Shown: positions 1 to 9,082, counted from the stretch's first letter. The stretch: DNA of 44,229 nucleotides from Candidatus Rifleibacteriota bacterium (GCA_051747585.1 JBNJGH010000019.1:1-44229), one strand, 5' to 3'. Notes: generated by a model not told the origin, from the sequence alone. Numbers and translations: made by a program.

Positions 1-418
1 CAGAAGACTGAATCTGGTTTTTGTTCTGAACTTCTTTGGCTGTGACTACGTTCACCATTTTAAGCTTGCCTTTTTTGGCTTCAAGAACAAAACCGTCTTT
101 TATAACTTCACGCTCAAATTTACCGGTATAATACCCGGAATTTGGGGGATCTTCGCTTAAAACGACCCCATTAACTGTAACGGTAGCACTTGATATAAGT
201 CTTCTGCCATCAATTTCGACAAAAGAGGTTTGAGCTCTTAACGAACCCACATCTTGTGAGGCAGGAACACTGACCGGAACAGACAATTTAACACTGGGCG
301 ATACCGTGGGGGCGACATAATCATCATCATCGTCATCTGAACCAAGTATGTTACAGCCGGTGGCAAAACCTGCCAGCAAAAGAACCATCATCAAAAGAGA
401 AATTTTACGAAAATTCAA
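1..418 (-). CDS. Putative lipoprotein (5' part; runs off the window start)
   Basis: Not in the ORF track. Manual translation from TTG at 418, with GGAGG at 430-426 and a 7-nt spacer: MNFRKISLLMMVLLLAGFATG-C-NILGSDDDDDDYVAPTVSP..., open to position 1. Basic N-region, hydrophobic core, lipobox-like ATG-C. Confidence 0.8.
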   Translation of the reverse strand, partial: MNFRKISLLMMVLLLAGFATGCNILGSDDDDDDYVAPTVSPSVKLSVPVSVPASQDVGSLRAQTSFVEIDGRRLISSATVTVNGVVLSEDPPNSGYYTGKFEREVIKDGFVLEAKKGKLKMVNVVTAKEVQNKNQIQSS

Positions 419-541
419 TTTCAAACCTCCATTATTTAAAATAATTTATAAAAAAATTATTCAAGTGAATGGATGGTATATTTTTTTGCTTAGTAAGTCA
501 AGACTACAAGGGTTTTCATAAGGATACCAGGTTCCGATATT

Positions 542-775
542 TTATCGTGCTCGTGCTCAACAAAGTGGTGCTCGTAATCGTAATCGGTTTTTTTGCTAAC
601 ACTACAAGCTGGTCGAGCAAATATAGTTGTATGCTATTAACCTTGGATTCCTGATCCCGCTACGCTTGTCAGGAATGACAGATCATATTTCACGGACGCT
701 ATCGATATCGGGCATCGGCTATCGAATTAAAATCGAGAACGAAAACGACGACGACAACGATTACGAGCACGAAAA
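542..775. repeat. Inverted arrays of degenerate hexamer repeats (TNNTCG left, CGANNA right)
   Basis: Left: TTATCG TGCTCG TGCTCA (542-559) and TGCTCG TAATCG TAATCG (569-586). Right: seven consecutive CGANNA hexamers (734-775). GTGCTCGTAATCG (568-580) is the exact reverse complement of CGATTACGAGCAC (758-770). Confidence 0.75.
645..679. repeat. REP-like palindromic element GGATTCCTGA-N14-TCAGGAATGAC
   Basis: ATTCCTGA (647-654) pairs with TCAGGAAT (669-676). The GGATTCC...GGAATGAC ends resemble widespread short palindromic bacterial repeats. Confidence 0.55.
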
Positions 776-859
776 CAGGCATTCAGGGGCTGGTTTAGCA
801 AAGCTCTTTTTTGCTTTAGACAATTGTGGTAAACTCTCAGGGTCGAAGTTGCAAATTAA

Positions 860-2179
<1,320 letters not shown>

Positions 2180-2207
2180 TTTAATCAATTAAATCAAACC
2201 TTTTATC

Positions 2208-2240
2208 AGACCGCCCGAAATTTTTTCGGGCGGTCTTTTT
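2208..2240 (+). terminator. Intrinsic terminator after eno
   Basis: 13-bp stem AGACCGCCCGAAA / TTTCGGGCGGTCT followed by a T-run. Confidence 0.9.
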
Positions 2241-2311
2241 AGCTTGACTTTTTTGCTTTCGCAACATATTCATATTGCACTGCAATATTTTTTTTAGTCA
2301 GGAGAAAATAC

Positions 2312-3298
2312 ATGGCAAAATATGCAAAAATAGCAGGAACAGGCTCTTTTGTTCCGTCAGATGAGCATCCAAACGCAGAATTTCGCAAAAGATTCGGCAC
2401 AGAGATCGTAGACAAAAACGAATCTGCAACTGGCATTATGACAAGATTCTACTCGCCAGAAGACTGGTGCACATCAGACTTAGCAGTTGCAGCAAGCAAA
2501 AAAGCCCTTGAAGATGCCGGGTTAACAGCAGAAGACATTGATTTAATTGTTCTTGGCACCGACACACCAGATCATATTACTCCAGCAACTTCTGTTGTCG
2601 TGCAACACAAACTTGGAGCAAAAAATGCAGGAACCTTTGACGTAGGATGCGCCTGTGCTTCGTTTCCAACCGGTCTTTCAATAGCGGCGGGAATGATGTC
2701 CAATCAGGGCAACATAAAAAAGGCTCTGGTTATAGGCGTCTACATGATGCAGAGACTTGCCGACAAAGAAAACGATCCCATGAGTTTTTATTATGGCGAT
2801 GGTGCCGGAGCCGCTGTTTTAAGCGCATCAGACAAACCTGGCTTTATATCTTCAGCTCTGCATGCTGATGGCTCATACAGCGATTGCTGGGGTATCTATG
2901 CCGGAGGAACCAGGGAGCCGGCTACAGTTGAAGCGGTAAAAGAAGGAAAAACCCAGGTAAGATTTTTAGAGCCATTCCCTTCCAGTGTTAACCGCGAAGG
3001 TTGGCCGCAAAGAGTTAGAGAAGTTGCCTGGAACGGAAATTTTGAAATTAAAGACATAGATCATATTGTTTTTACTCAGGTAAGAAGCAAAACCATTACC
3101 CAGGTAATGAAAGAACTCGAACTACCTGAAGAAAAAGCGATTAAAATCATGCATGAATTTGGTTACATGGGTTCGGCCTGCCTGCCGGTAGCTTTCGATA
3201 TAGCCAGAGAACGCAAGCTTATAAAAGAAGGCGACCTGGTTGTGTTCGTCGGTTCGGGCGTTGGTTATAATCAATGCGCTGCAGCATTCAGGCTTTAG
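2312..3298 (+). CDS. FabH/KAS III-like thiolase-fold enzyme with atypical active site
   Basis: FabH landmarks GTGSFVP, TGIxxR, ACASF (Cys115), GDGAGA, GxG. The His and Asn positions read TQVR and GYMGS. SD AGGAG. Confidence 0.85.
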   Translation: MAKYAKIAGTGSFVPSDEHPNAEFRKRFGTEIVDKNESATGIMTRFYSPEDWCTSDLAVAASKKALEDAGLTAEDIDLIVLGTDTPDHITPATSVVVQHKLGAKNAGTFDVGCACASFPTGLSIAAGMMSNQGNIKKALVIGVYMMQRLADKENDPMSFYYGDGAGAAVLSASDKPGFISSALHADGSYSDCWGIYAGGTREPATVEAVKEGKTQVRFLEPFPSSVNREGWPQRVREVAWNGNFEIKDIDHIVFTQVRSKTITQVMKELELPEEKAIKIMHEFGYMGSACLPVAFDIARERKLIKEGDLVVFVGSGVGYNQCAAAFRL

Positions 3299-3310
3299 GA
3301 AAAGCAATAT

Positions 3311-3339
3311 TTGACAATTCGTTTGGCTATTGGTAGACT
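3311..3339 (+). promoter_or_regulatory. Sigma70-type promoter of secG
   Basis: TTGACA-17 nt-TAGACT with an extended -10 TG. Confidence 0.75.
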
Positions 3340-3388
3340 CAATAACTTGAGATTAATGTACCGATAGAAAAAAAGGAGTTTACAGGCT

Positions 3389-3847
3389 ATGCTCGCCGGT
3401 TTAATTCAATTTATTCATGTAGTTGTTTGTGTTGGTTTAATTGTTATTGTATTGCTTCAAGCAGATAAAGGTGAAGGTCTTGCCGGTGCTTTTGGTGGCG
3501 GTGCCTCTTCTACAGTATTTGGCGAACGCGGCGCAGGTGGTTTTATGTCAAAACTCACCACTTCAATGGCGATTATTTTTATGATAACTTCACTGATTAT
3601 TTCAGTTTATGTTCCCAGATGGCAGGTTGAAAATCCTGTTTCCAGTTCTGGAATAGAGCTTTCTTCACCTGCAGCTCCAGAAGGTGCTCCAGAAGGCAAC
3701 ACTCCGACTCCAGCGCTTCCCGGTGCTCCTATCGCTCCGATTGCTCCAACCGGCATGCCAATAGGTGGCGAAGCAGCTCCGACTACTCCGGCTCCAACCC
3801 CGGATGCCGGTACGGCAGACGAAACACCGGCTGACCCGGATATGTAA
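3389..3847 (+). CDS. secG: Preprotein translocase subunit SecG with long Pro/Ala-rich C-terminal tail
   Basis: VLLQxxKGxGLAGAFGGG...VFG...KLT pattern with two TM helices. Confidence 0.95.
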   Translation: MLAGLIQFIHVVVCVGLIVIVLLQADKGEGLAGAFGGGASSTVFGERGAGGFMSKLTTSMAIIFMITSLIISVYVPRWQVENPVSSSGIELSSPAAPEGAPEGNTPTPALPGAPIAPIAPTGMPIGGEAAPTTPAPTPDAGTADETPADPDM

Positions 3848-3876
3848 TTATTAATTCTTTTTAAAGAAATAAAACG

Positions 3877-3916
3877 ACAGGCTGTTGAAACAATTTGTTT
3901 TAACAGCCTGTTTTTT
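3877..3916 (+). terminator. Intrinsic terminator after secG
   Basis: 16-bp stem ACAGGCTGTTGAAACA / TGTTTTAACAGCCTGT (one G-U pair) followed by a T-run. Confidence 0.8.
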
Positions 3917-3939
3917 ATCTGATTTTGATTATTTTGGAC

Positions 3940-3963
3940 GGGCCGACCGCGGTCGGCCCCTAC
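3940..3963 (-). repeat. GTAG-type REP-like element
   Basis: The minus strand reads GTAG-GGGCCGACCGCGGTCGGCCC: a GTAG tetranucleotide directly followed by a perfect 20-bp GC-rich palindrome. Confidence 0.7.
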
Positions 3964-4013
3964 GGCGAATTTGCAATGAAAAATCTCAATCCCCAAATAA
4001 AAAGAGCTAAAAT

Positions 4014-4045
4014 AAAAAAAGCCTCTGCAAAAAGCAGAGGCTTTT
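4014..4045 (-). terminator. Intrinsic terminator after rplL (probably bidirectional)
   Basis: GCCTCTGC-AAAAA-GCAGAGGC stem with A7 on the left (U-tract on the minus strand) and T4 on the right. Confidence 0.9.
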
Positions 4046-4056
4046 CTTTAATAAAA

Positions 4057-4422
4057 TTACTTAAGAGTAACTTCGGCGCCTGCGTCTTCAAGTTTCTTTT
4101 TCATGGTTTCAGCGTCATCTTTTGTGAGACCTTCTTTGAGGGTCGTAGGAGCTGAATCAACCAGATCTTTAGCTTCTTTAAGCCCCATGGCAGTAAGTTC
4201 GCGTACGACTTTGATAACCTGAATCTTTTTAGCACCATAGCTGTTGAGAACAACGTCGAATTCGTCTTTTTCAGCAGCTTCGGCACCGCCGTCGGCAGCG
4301 CCCATAACAGCTACAGGAGCAGCTGCGGTAACGTCAAATTTTTCTTCAATAGCTTTTACAAGCTCAGAAAGTTCAAGAACTGTCATCTTTTCGATGTGCT
4401 CGAGAATCTGTTCGTTAGTCAT
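4057..4422 (-). CDS. rplL: 50S ribosomal protein L7/L12
   Basis: [35 protein letters not shown]. Confidence 0.99.
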   Translation of the reverse strand: MTNEQILEHIEKMTVLELSELVKAIEEKFDVTAAAPVAVMGAADGGAEAAEKDEFDVVLNSYGAKKIQVIKVVRELTAMGLKEAKDLVDSAPTTLKEGLTKDDAETMKKKLEDAGAEVTLK

Positions 4423-4475
4423 TATAAAACTCCTTATAAATTCTTATGCAAATAAAATTTGCCTGGTAAACTTAA

Positions 4476-5039
4476 TTAACTAGAAGCTTCTTCAGTTGCT
4501 TCGGGCTTTTCTTCTGCTTTTTCAGCTTCGCCTTCGCTACCTTCTTCTCTTTTTTTACAAAGAGCATCAAGTACGCATGCGAGTTTGCGGATCGGACCCT
4601 GAACTGCTGAAGCCAACATAGAGAAAAGTTCTGTTCTTCCGGGAATCTGGGAAAGAGTAGCAAACTGCTCAGCAGTAAGCATTTTTCCATCCATATAACC
4701 GGCTTTGAATTTAAACTTCTTAGCTTCTTTGGTGAAGTTGAAAAGTGCTTTTGCAGGTGCAACTACGTCTTCTTCGTAACCGAAGGTAATCGCAGTAGCG
4801 CCTTTCATATGTTCATCAAGCTCGGCTAACTCAAGATTTTTCATAGCACGACGGAGAAGAGTGTTTTTAACAACTCTAATTTCGGAATCTGCTTCACGGA
4901 TAGATTTACGCAATGCAGTCATTTTATCGACTGAAACGCCTTCACAATCTGCAAGTACTATTATTTTTGCCTTGTCGAGTTTGTCCTGAAACTTTTTAAC
5001 ATATTCTTCCTTGTGGCTTATGTCTTTCAACTTTTTCAC
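4476..5039 (-). CDS. rplJ: 50S ribosomal protein L10
   Basis: VVKNTLLRRA motif, position upstream of rplL, GTG start, acidic C-terminal extension. Confidence 0.97.
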   Translation of the reverse strand: MKKLKDISHKEEYVKKFQDKLDKAKIIVLADCEGVSVDKMTALRKSIREADSEIRVVKNTLLRRAMKNLELAELDEHMKGATAITFGYEEDVVAPAKALFNFTKEAKKFKFKAGYMDGKMLTAEQFATLSQIPGRTELFSMLASAVQGPIRKLACVLDALCKKREEGSEGEAEKAEEKPEATEEASS

Positions 5040-5056
5040 CTCCTTGCATTAAAAAT

Positions 5057-5175
5057 AAAAAAACCGTTTTCGGTGCCAAAACCGAAAACGGTCAGATAAA
5101 TCTTATCTTACAGTTTTTCGGTCTCGGCAGGGAGGTCATTTTGACCAATTATTAATGACCTGCGGTCTACGACCT
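5057..5175 (-). promoter_or_regulatory. L10 leader RNA with attenuator hairpin
   Basis: Minus-strand GUCGUAGACCGCAGG...UUAA...CCUGCCGAGAC (5174-5120) matches the L10-leader core. It is followed by a 12-bp hairpin ACCGUUUUCGGU/ACCGAAAACGGU plus a U-tract (5092-5057) just upstream of rplJ. Confidence 0.85.
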
Positions 5176-5193
5176 GTCATTTATAGTTCTAAG

Positions 5194-5910
5194 TTAAACT
5201 CCAACCTTGTCAGATTCGAGTCTAGCCTGGTTGATATCGATCTGATATCCGGGGCCCATGCTGGAACTTACAGTGGCTGATTTAAGATAAACGCCCTTGG
5301 CGCCGGATGGTTTAGCCTTATTTATAGCTTGGAAGAAGGCAAGAAAATTATCTTTGAGCTTTTTAGCATCAAATGAAGCTTTTCCTATGGCTGCATGCAC
5401 GATCCCAGCTTTTTCAACACGATATTGAACTTTACCGGCTTTAAGTTCGGTAATAACTTTAGCCACGTCTTTAGTTACGGTTCCAACTTTTGGGTTGGGC
5501 ATAAGGTTACGTGGGCCAAGAATTCTACCAAGCTTACCGACAAATCTCATCATATCGGGTGTTGCTACTGCTGCATCGAAATCCAGCCAGCCTCCTTCGA
5601 TCTTGGCGACTAAATCTTCCGCGCCTACGAAGTCTGCTCCAGCGTTTTTAGCTTCAGTTGCTTTTTCACCAGTGGCGAAAACTGCAACTCTGGTTGTTTT
5701 ACCAGTCCCGTGTGGGAGAACACAGCTGCCTCTAAGTTGCTGATCAGCATATTTCGGATCGAGTCCGGTTCTGATCGCCAAATCTATACTTTCGTCAAAC
5801 TTGGCTGTTGCTGTCTTTTTAACTTTATCAAAGACATCATCAATTCCATTAAGTTCGCTGGTGTTCATATCCTTTACCAGAGTATTAAAACGCTTTGAGT
5901 GTTTCGGCAT
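5194..5910 (-). CDS. rplA: 50S ribosomal protein L1
   Basis: [31 protein letters not shown]. Start moved to the ATG at 5910 (AGGAGG upstream). Confidence 0.98.
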   Translation of the reverse strand: MPKHSKRFNTLVKDMNTSELNGIDDVFDKVKKTATAKFDESIDLAIRTGLDPKYADQQLRGSCVLPHGTGKTTRVAVFATGEKATEAKNAGADFVGAEDLVAKIEGGWLDFDAAVATPDMMRFVGKLGRILGPRNLMPNPKVGTVTKDVAKVITELKAGKVQYRVEKAGIVHAAIGKASFDAKKLKDNFLAFFQAINKAKPSGAKGVYLKSATVSSSMGPGYQIDINQARLESDKVGV

Positions 5911-5963
5911 TCCCTGCTTCCTCCTTTCTTGAGTAGTGAGCTTGCCATATACGGGCAAACTTT

Positions 5964-6389
5964 TTAATCAACAACTTCCATGCCCATGCTGCGGGCAGTG
6001 CCCTTGATTGTGTTGATTGCCGCATCCATATCGGCTGCGGTGATATCGGGCTTTTTCTGTTCGGCAATTTCTTTGACCTGAGCCATGGTGACTTTACCCA
6101 GTCTGGTACGACCCGGGGTTTGAGAACCTTTGGGAATACCAGCGGCTTTTTTCAGCAAGAACGATACAGGCGGCGTTTTAGTGATAAAAGAATAAGAACG
6201 ATCAGCATAGATTGAAATTTCAACCGGAATGATCGAATCGCCTTCTTTAGCCGTCTTGTAATTGAAGTTCTTACAGAAATCCATGATGTTAACACCATGC
6301 TGGCCAAGAGCCGGACCAACCGGAGGAGCCGGATTTGCCTTACCAGCCGGAATCTGCAATTTAACAATAGCTACTACTTTCTTGGCCAT
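5964..6389 (-). CDS. rplK: 50S ribosomal protein L11
   Basis: [30 protein letters not shown]. Confidence 0.99.
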   Translation of the reverse strand: MAKKVVAIVKLQIPAGKANPAPPVGPALGQHGVNIMDFCKNFNYKTAKEGDSIIPVEISIYADRSYSFITKTPPVSFLLKKAAGIPKGSQTPGRTRLGKVTMAQVKEIAEQKKPDITAADMDAAINTIKGTARSMGMEVVD

Positions 6390-6427
6390 AACTTATAACT
6401 CCTTCTAAGAACGTATTCTTCTTATAA

Positions 6428-6973
6428 TCAGGCTTCTTCAAGCTGGATGAGATCAACTTCAATAGCTGTATCTCTACCGAAGATAAATACAAGCACTTTG
6501 GCCTTGCGCTTTTCCTGATTGATCTCTTTAATTACACCGATGAAGTCGGTAAATGGACCATCGATGATTTTAACTGTCTGGCCTTCGGTGAATCCTATAG
6601 GAGTCATTGCGGCAGAACGTTGCGGACCGATTCCAGCTACGCGAAGCACATTCTGAACTTCTTTTTCATGTAGAGGAGTCGGTTTGTTTCCAAGTCCGAC
6701 AAAACCTGTTACACCGGGTGTGTTTTTAACAACTGTCCAGGTATCATCGTCAAGGTTCATCTGAACCAGAACATAACCAGGATAAATCTTTCGGGTTTGT
6801 GTTACACGTTCGCCGTCCTGGACACGTTCAGCACTTTCTTCAGGCACTAATACCTGAAAAATGCTGTCTTTCTTGCCAAGAAGTTCAACACGATTATCGA
6901 GATTCTTCTTAACTTTATATTCTGATCCTGAATTTGTATGGATCACGTACCATTTTGCTTTTAAAATGTCCAC
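6428..6973 (-). CDS. nusG: Transcription factor NusG
   Basis: WYVIHT, PGYVLV, TPGVTGFVG, KOW motif (IIDGPF), IFGR. Confidence 0.98.
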   Translation of the reverse strand: MDILKAKWYVIHTNSGSEYKVKKNLDNRVELLGKKDSIFQVLVPEESAERVQDGERVTQTRKIYPGYVLVQMNLDDDTWTVVKNTPGVTGFVGLGNKPTPLHEKEVQNVLRVAGIGPQRSAAMTPIGFTEGQTVKIIDGPFTDFIGVIKEINQEKRKAKVLVFIFGRDTAIEVDLIQLEEA

Positions 6974-6982
6974 AGCTAAACC

Positions 6983-7210
6983 TTACACACTTCCGCCACC
7001 GACGATGAAAGTCAGAAGCTTTCCGAAAATGACGTCGAGTAAACCAATAAACGCTCCGAGGCCAATTGCAGAAACTATTACTACTTTTGTAGAAAGTTTC
7101 ACGTTTTCAAATGTGGGCCAGGAAACACGTCCGTTAGTAGGACGAACTTCGATCCACACTTCTCTTAAAAATCGGGTGGTGTCTTTCCACCATGATAAAA
7201 TTTTACTCAT
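6983..7210 (-). CDS. secE: Preprotein translocase subunit SecE
   Basis: FLREVWIE...VSWP plus one TM helix, located between tRNA-Trp and nusG. Start moved to ATG 7210 because the longer ORF overlaps the tRNA. Confidence 0.93.
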   Translation of the reverse strand: MSKILSWWKDTTRFLREVWIEVRPTNGRVSWPTFENVKLSTKVVIVSAIGLGAFIGLLDVIFGKLLTFIVGGGSV

Positions 7211-7240
7211 GTGACCCTCTTTTTCAATGGGGTTATTCAA

Positions 7241-7313
7241 CAGGCCAAGAGGGAGTCGAACCCCCAACCCCCGGTTTTGGAGACCGGTGCTCTGCCAATT
7301 GAGCTATTAGCCT
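7241..7313 (-). tRNA. tRNA-Trp (anticodon CCA)
   Basis: AGGCTAATAGCTCAATTGGCAGAGC-ACCGGTCT-CCA-AAACCGG...GGTTCGACTCC...GGCCTG forms a cloverleaf. 3' CCA is not encoded. Confidence 0.97.
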
Positions 7314-7331
7314 ATACCTGGAAACAGACCC

Positions 7332-7481
7332 TTACTTACCTTCTTTATGAAGAATATGCTTGCGCTCGGCAGGGCAATACTTCATCAGACTGATGCGGTC
7401 CGGGTTGTTACGCTTGTTTTTCATTGACATATAATTTTTGCGCTTACAAGAAGTGCAGGTTAATGTAATTTTAGATCGCAT
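7332..7481 (-). CDS. rpmG: 50S ribosomal protein L33 (49 aa)
   Basis: Below the ORF-track cutoff. Manual translation: [49 protein letters not shown]. Confidence 0.97.
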   Translation of the reverse strand: MRSKITLTCTSCKRKNYMSMKNKRNNPDRISLMKYCPAERKHILHKEGK

Positions 7482-7496
7482 AACGCTACCTCGCTT

Positions 7497-7518
7497 AAAA
7501 AAGCCGACTTTGGTCGGC
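7497..7518 (-). terminator. Terminator-like hairpin immediately upstream of rpmG
   Basis: Minus strand GCCGAC-CAAA-GUCGGC followed by U6. Confidence 0.5.
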
Positions 7519-7529
7519 CTGGTAAGATT

Positions 7530-7555
7530 AAAAAGGGGCGGGGCATGCCCGCCCC
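7530..7555 (-). terminator. Terminator-like hairpin after tuf
   Basis: Minus strand GGGGCGGG-CAUGC-CCCGCCCC followed by U5. Confidence 0.7.
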
Positions 7556-7570
7556 CGTAAGAACTTCGTA

Positions 7571-8761
7571 TTATTCGATAATTTTGGTAACAACACCAGC
7601 GCCGATTGTTCGGCCACCTTCACGAATTGCGAAGCGCAGACCTTCTTCGCACGCGATAGGAGTGATGAGTTCACATTGGAATTCAGCTCGGTCACCGGGC
7701 ATAATCATTTCTTTGCCTTCACCAAGTTGAACAACACCGGTAACGTCTGTAGTTCTGAAATAGAACTGAGGTCTGTAACCGGAAAAGAATGGTTTATGTC
7801 TTCCGCCTTCTTCTTTACTCAGAGCATATACCTGAGAATGGAAGGTTTTGTGAGGTTTGATGCTGCCTGGTTTAGCCAGAACCATACCACGTTCAACGTC
7901 TTTTTTATCGATACCGCGAAGCAGTACGCCAACGTTGTCGCCTGCATGACCTTCGTCGAGCAGTTTGCGGAACATTTCAACACCGGTAACAGTGGTTACG
8001 CGTGTGTCTCTGATACCAACGATTTCAACTTTTTCGCCAACTTTTACAACGCCGCGTTCGATACGACCGGTAACAACAGTTCCACGACCGGTGATGGTGA
8101 AAACGTCTTCGATCGGCATCAAGAATGGTTTGTCAAGAGGTCTTTCTGGTTCAGGAATATAGGCATCGAGAGCATCGAGAAGCTCATGAATGCATTTACA
8201 GTCATCGCCTTCGCCATTTGCCTCTACGGCTTTGAGTGCAGAACCACGGATAATCGGAGTGTCATCTCCCGGGAAATCATATTCGCTGAGCAGTTCGCGA
8301 ACTTCGAGTTCTACGAGATCGAGAAGCTCTTCATCATCAACCTGATCAACTTTGTTGAGGAATACAACGATTTGTGGAACACCAACCTGGCGTGCCAGAA
8401 GGATGTGTTCACGAGTTTGTGGCATTGGGCCATCACTTGCGGCAACAACGAGAACTGCACCGTCCATCTGAGCTGCACCAGTAATCATGTTCTTGATGTA
8501 GTCAGCATGGCCAGGACAATCCACATGTGCATAGTGGCGTTTCGGGCTTTCATATTCAACGTGGGCAGTATTAATAGTAATACCGCGAGCTTTTTCTTCA
8601 GGAGCAGAATCAATATCTTCATACTTCTGAATGTCAGCTCCGCCAGCAACAGCGGCTGTCATTGTAATAGCTGCAGTAAGAGTGGTTTTACCATGATCGA
8701 TATGACCAATAGTACCAACGTTCACGTGCGGTTTGGATCTAACAAAAGTTTCTTTAGCCAT
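7571..8761 (-). CDS. tuf: Elongation factor Tu
   Basis: [35 protein letters not shown]. Confidence 0.99.
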   Translation of the reverse strand: MAKETFVRSKPHVNVGTIGHIDHGKTTLTAAITMTAAVAGGADIQKYEDIDSAPEEKARGITINTAHVEYESPKRHYAHVDCPGHADYIKNMITGAAQMDGAVLVVAASDGPMPQTREHILLARQVGVPQIVVFLNKVDQVDDEELLDLVELEVRELLSEYDFPGDDTPIIRGSALKAVEANGEGDDCKCIHELLDALDAYIPEPERPLDKPFLMPIEDVFTITGRGTVVTGRIERGVVKVGEKVEIVGIRDTRVTTVTGVEMFRKLLDEGHAGDNVGVLLRGIDKKDVERGMVLAKPGSIKPHKTFHSQVYALSKEEGGRHKPFFSGYRPQFYFRTTDVTGVVQLGEGKEMIMPGDRAEFQCELITPIACEEGLRFAIREGGRTIGAGVVTKIIE

Positions 8762-8803
8762 GTGGCGTCCTCCTGAAAAAAATGGGAAATCATTTTTTAC
8801 TTA

Positions 8804-8833
8804 AATTTCGTAACTAGTTGAATTTCGTAACTA
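8804..8833. repeat. 13-bp direct repeat AATTTCGTAACTA x2
   Basis: Exact copies at 8804-8816 and 8821-8833. Confidence 0.7.
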
Positions 8834-8838
8834 ATAAA

Positions 8839-8911
8839 AGCCCGCGACCGGGATTGAACCGGTGACCTCTTGCTTACCATGCAAGTGCTCTACCGTCTGA
8901 GCTACACGGGC
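8839..8911 (-). tRNA. tRNA-Thr (anticodon GGT)
   Basis: GCCCGTGTAGCTCAG...CTTGC-AT-GGT-AA-GCAAG...GGTTCAATCCC...GCGGGCT. Confidence 0.96.
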
Positions 8912-8917
8912 ACTCAA

Positions 8918-9000
8918 TGGAGGGAGTTGGATTTGAACCAACGTAGGCGCTAGCCAACAGATTTACAGTCTGCCCCCTTTAGCCACTCGGGCATCCCTCC
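8918..9000 (-). tRNA. tRNA-Tyr (anticodon GTA)
   Basis: GGAGGGATGCCCGAGTGG...GCAGA-CT-GTA-AA-TCTGT, long variable arm, GGTTCAAATCC...TCCCTCCA. Confidence 0.97.
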
Positions 9001-9009
9001 GTGTTGTCA

Positions 9010-9082
9010 AGCCGGCGATGGGACTCGAACCCGCAACCTGCTGATTACAAGTCAGCTGCTCTGCCAATTGAGCTACGCCGGC
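9010..9082 (-). tRNA. tRNA-Thr (anticodon TGT)
   Basis: GCCGGCGTAGCTCAATTGG...GCTGA-CT-TGT-AA-TCAGC...GGTTCGAGTCC...GCCGGCT. Confidence 0.97.

Noticed and set aside
542..775. Possible CRISPR array
   Set aside because: Repeats are 6-bp degenerate units in inverted orientation without unique 30-40 bp spacers, and no cas genes are present.
3877..3911. CAGGCTGTTGAAA/TTTTAACAGCCTG as IS terminal inverted repeats
   Set aside because: The arms are only a few nt apart, with no transposase or target duplication. It is adequately explained as the secG terminator.
3607..4155. ORFs 3607..3996 (-) and 3925..4155 (+)
   Set aside because: They are antisense to secG/rplL and run through terminators and the REP; shadow ORFs.
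7676..8776. 366-aa ORF antisense to tuf
   Set aside because: A typical antisense open frame caused by codon bias in a highly expressed gene; no recognisable motifs.
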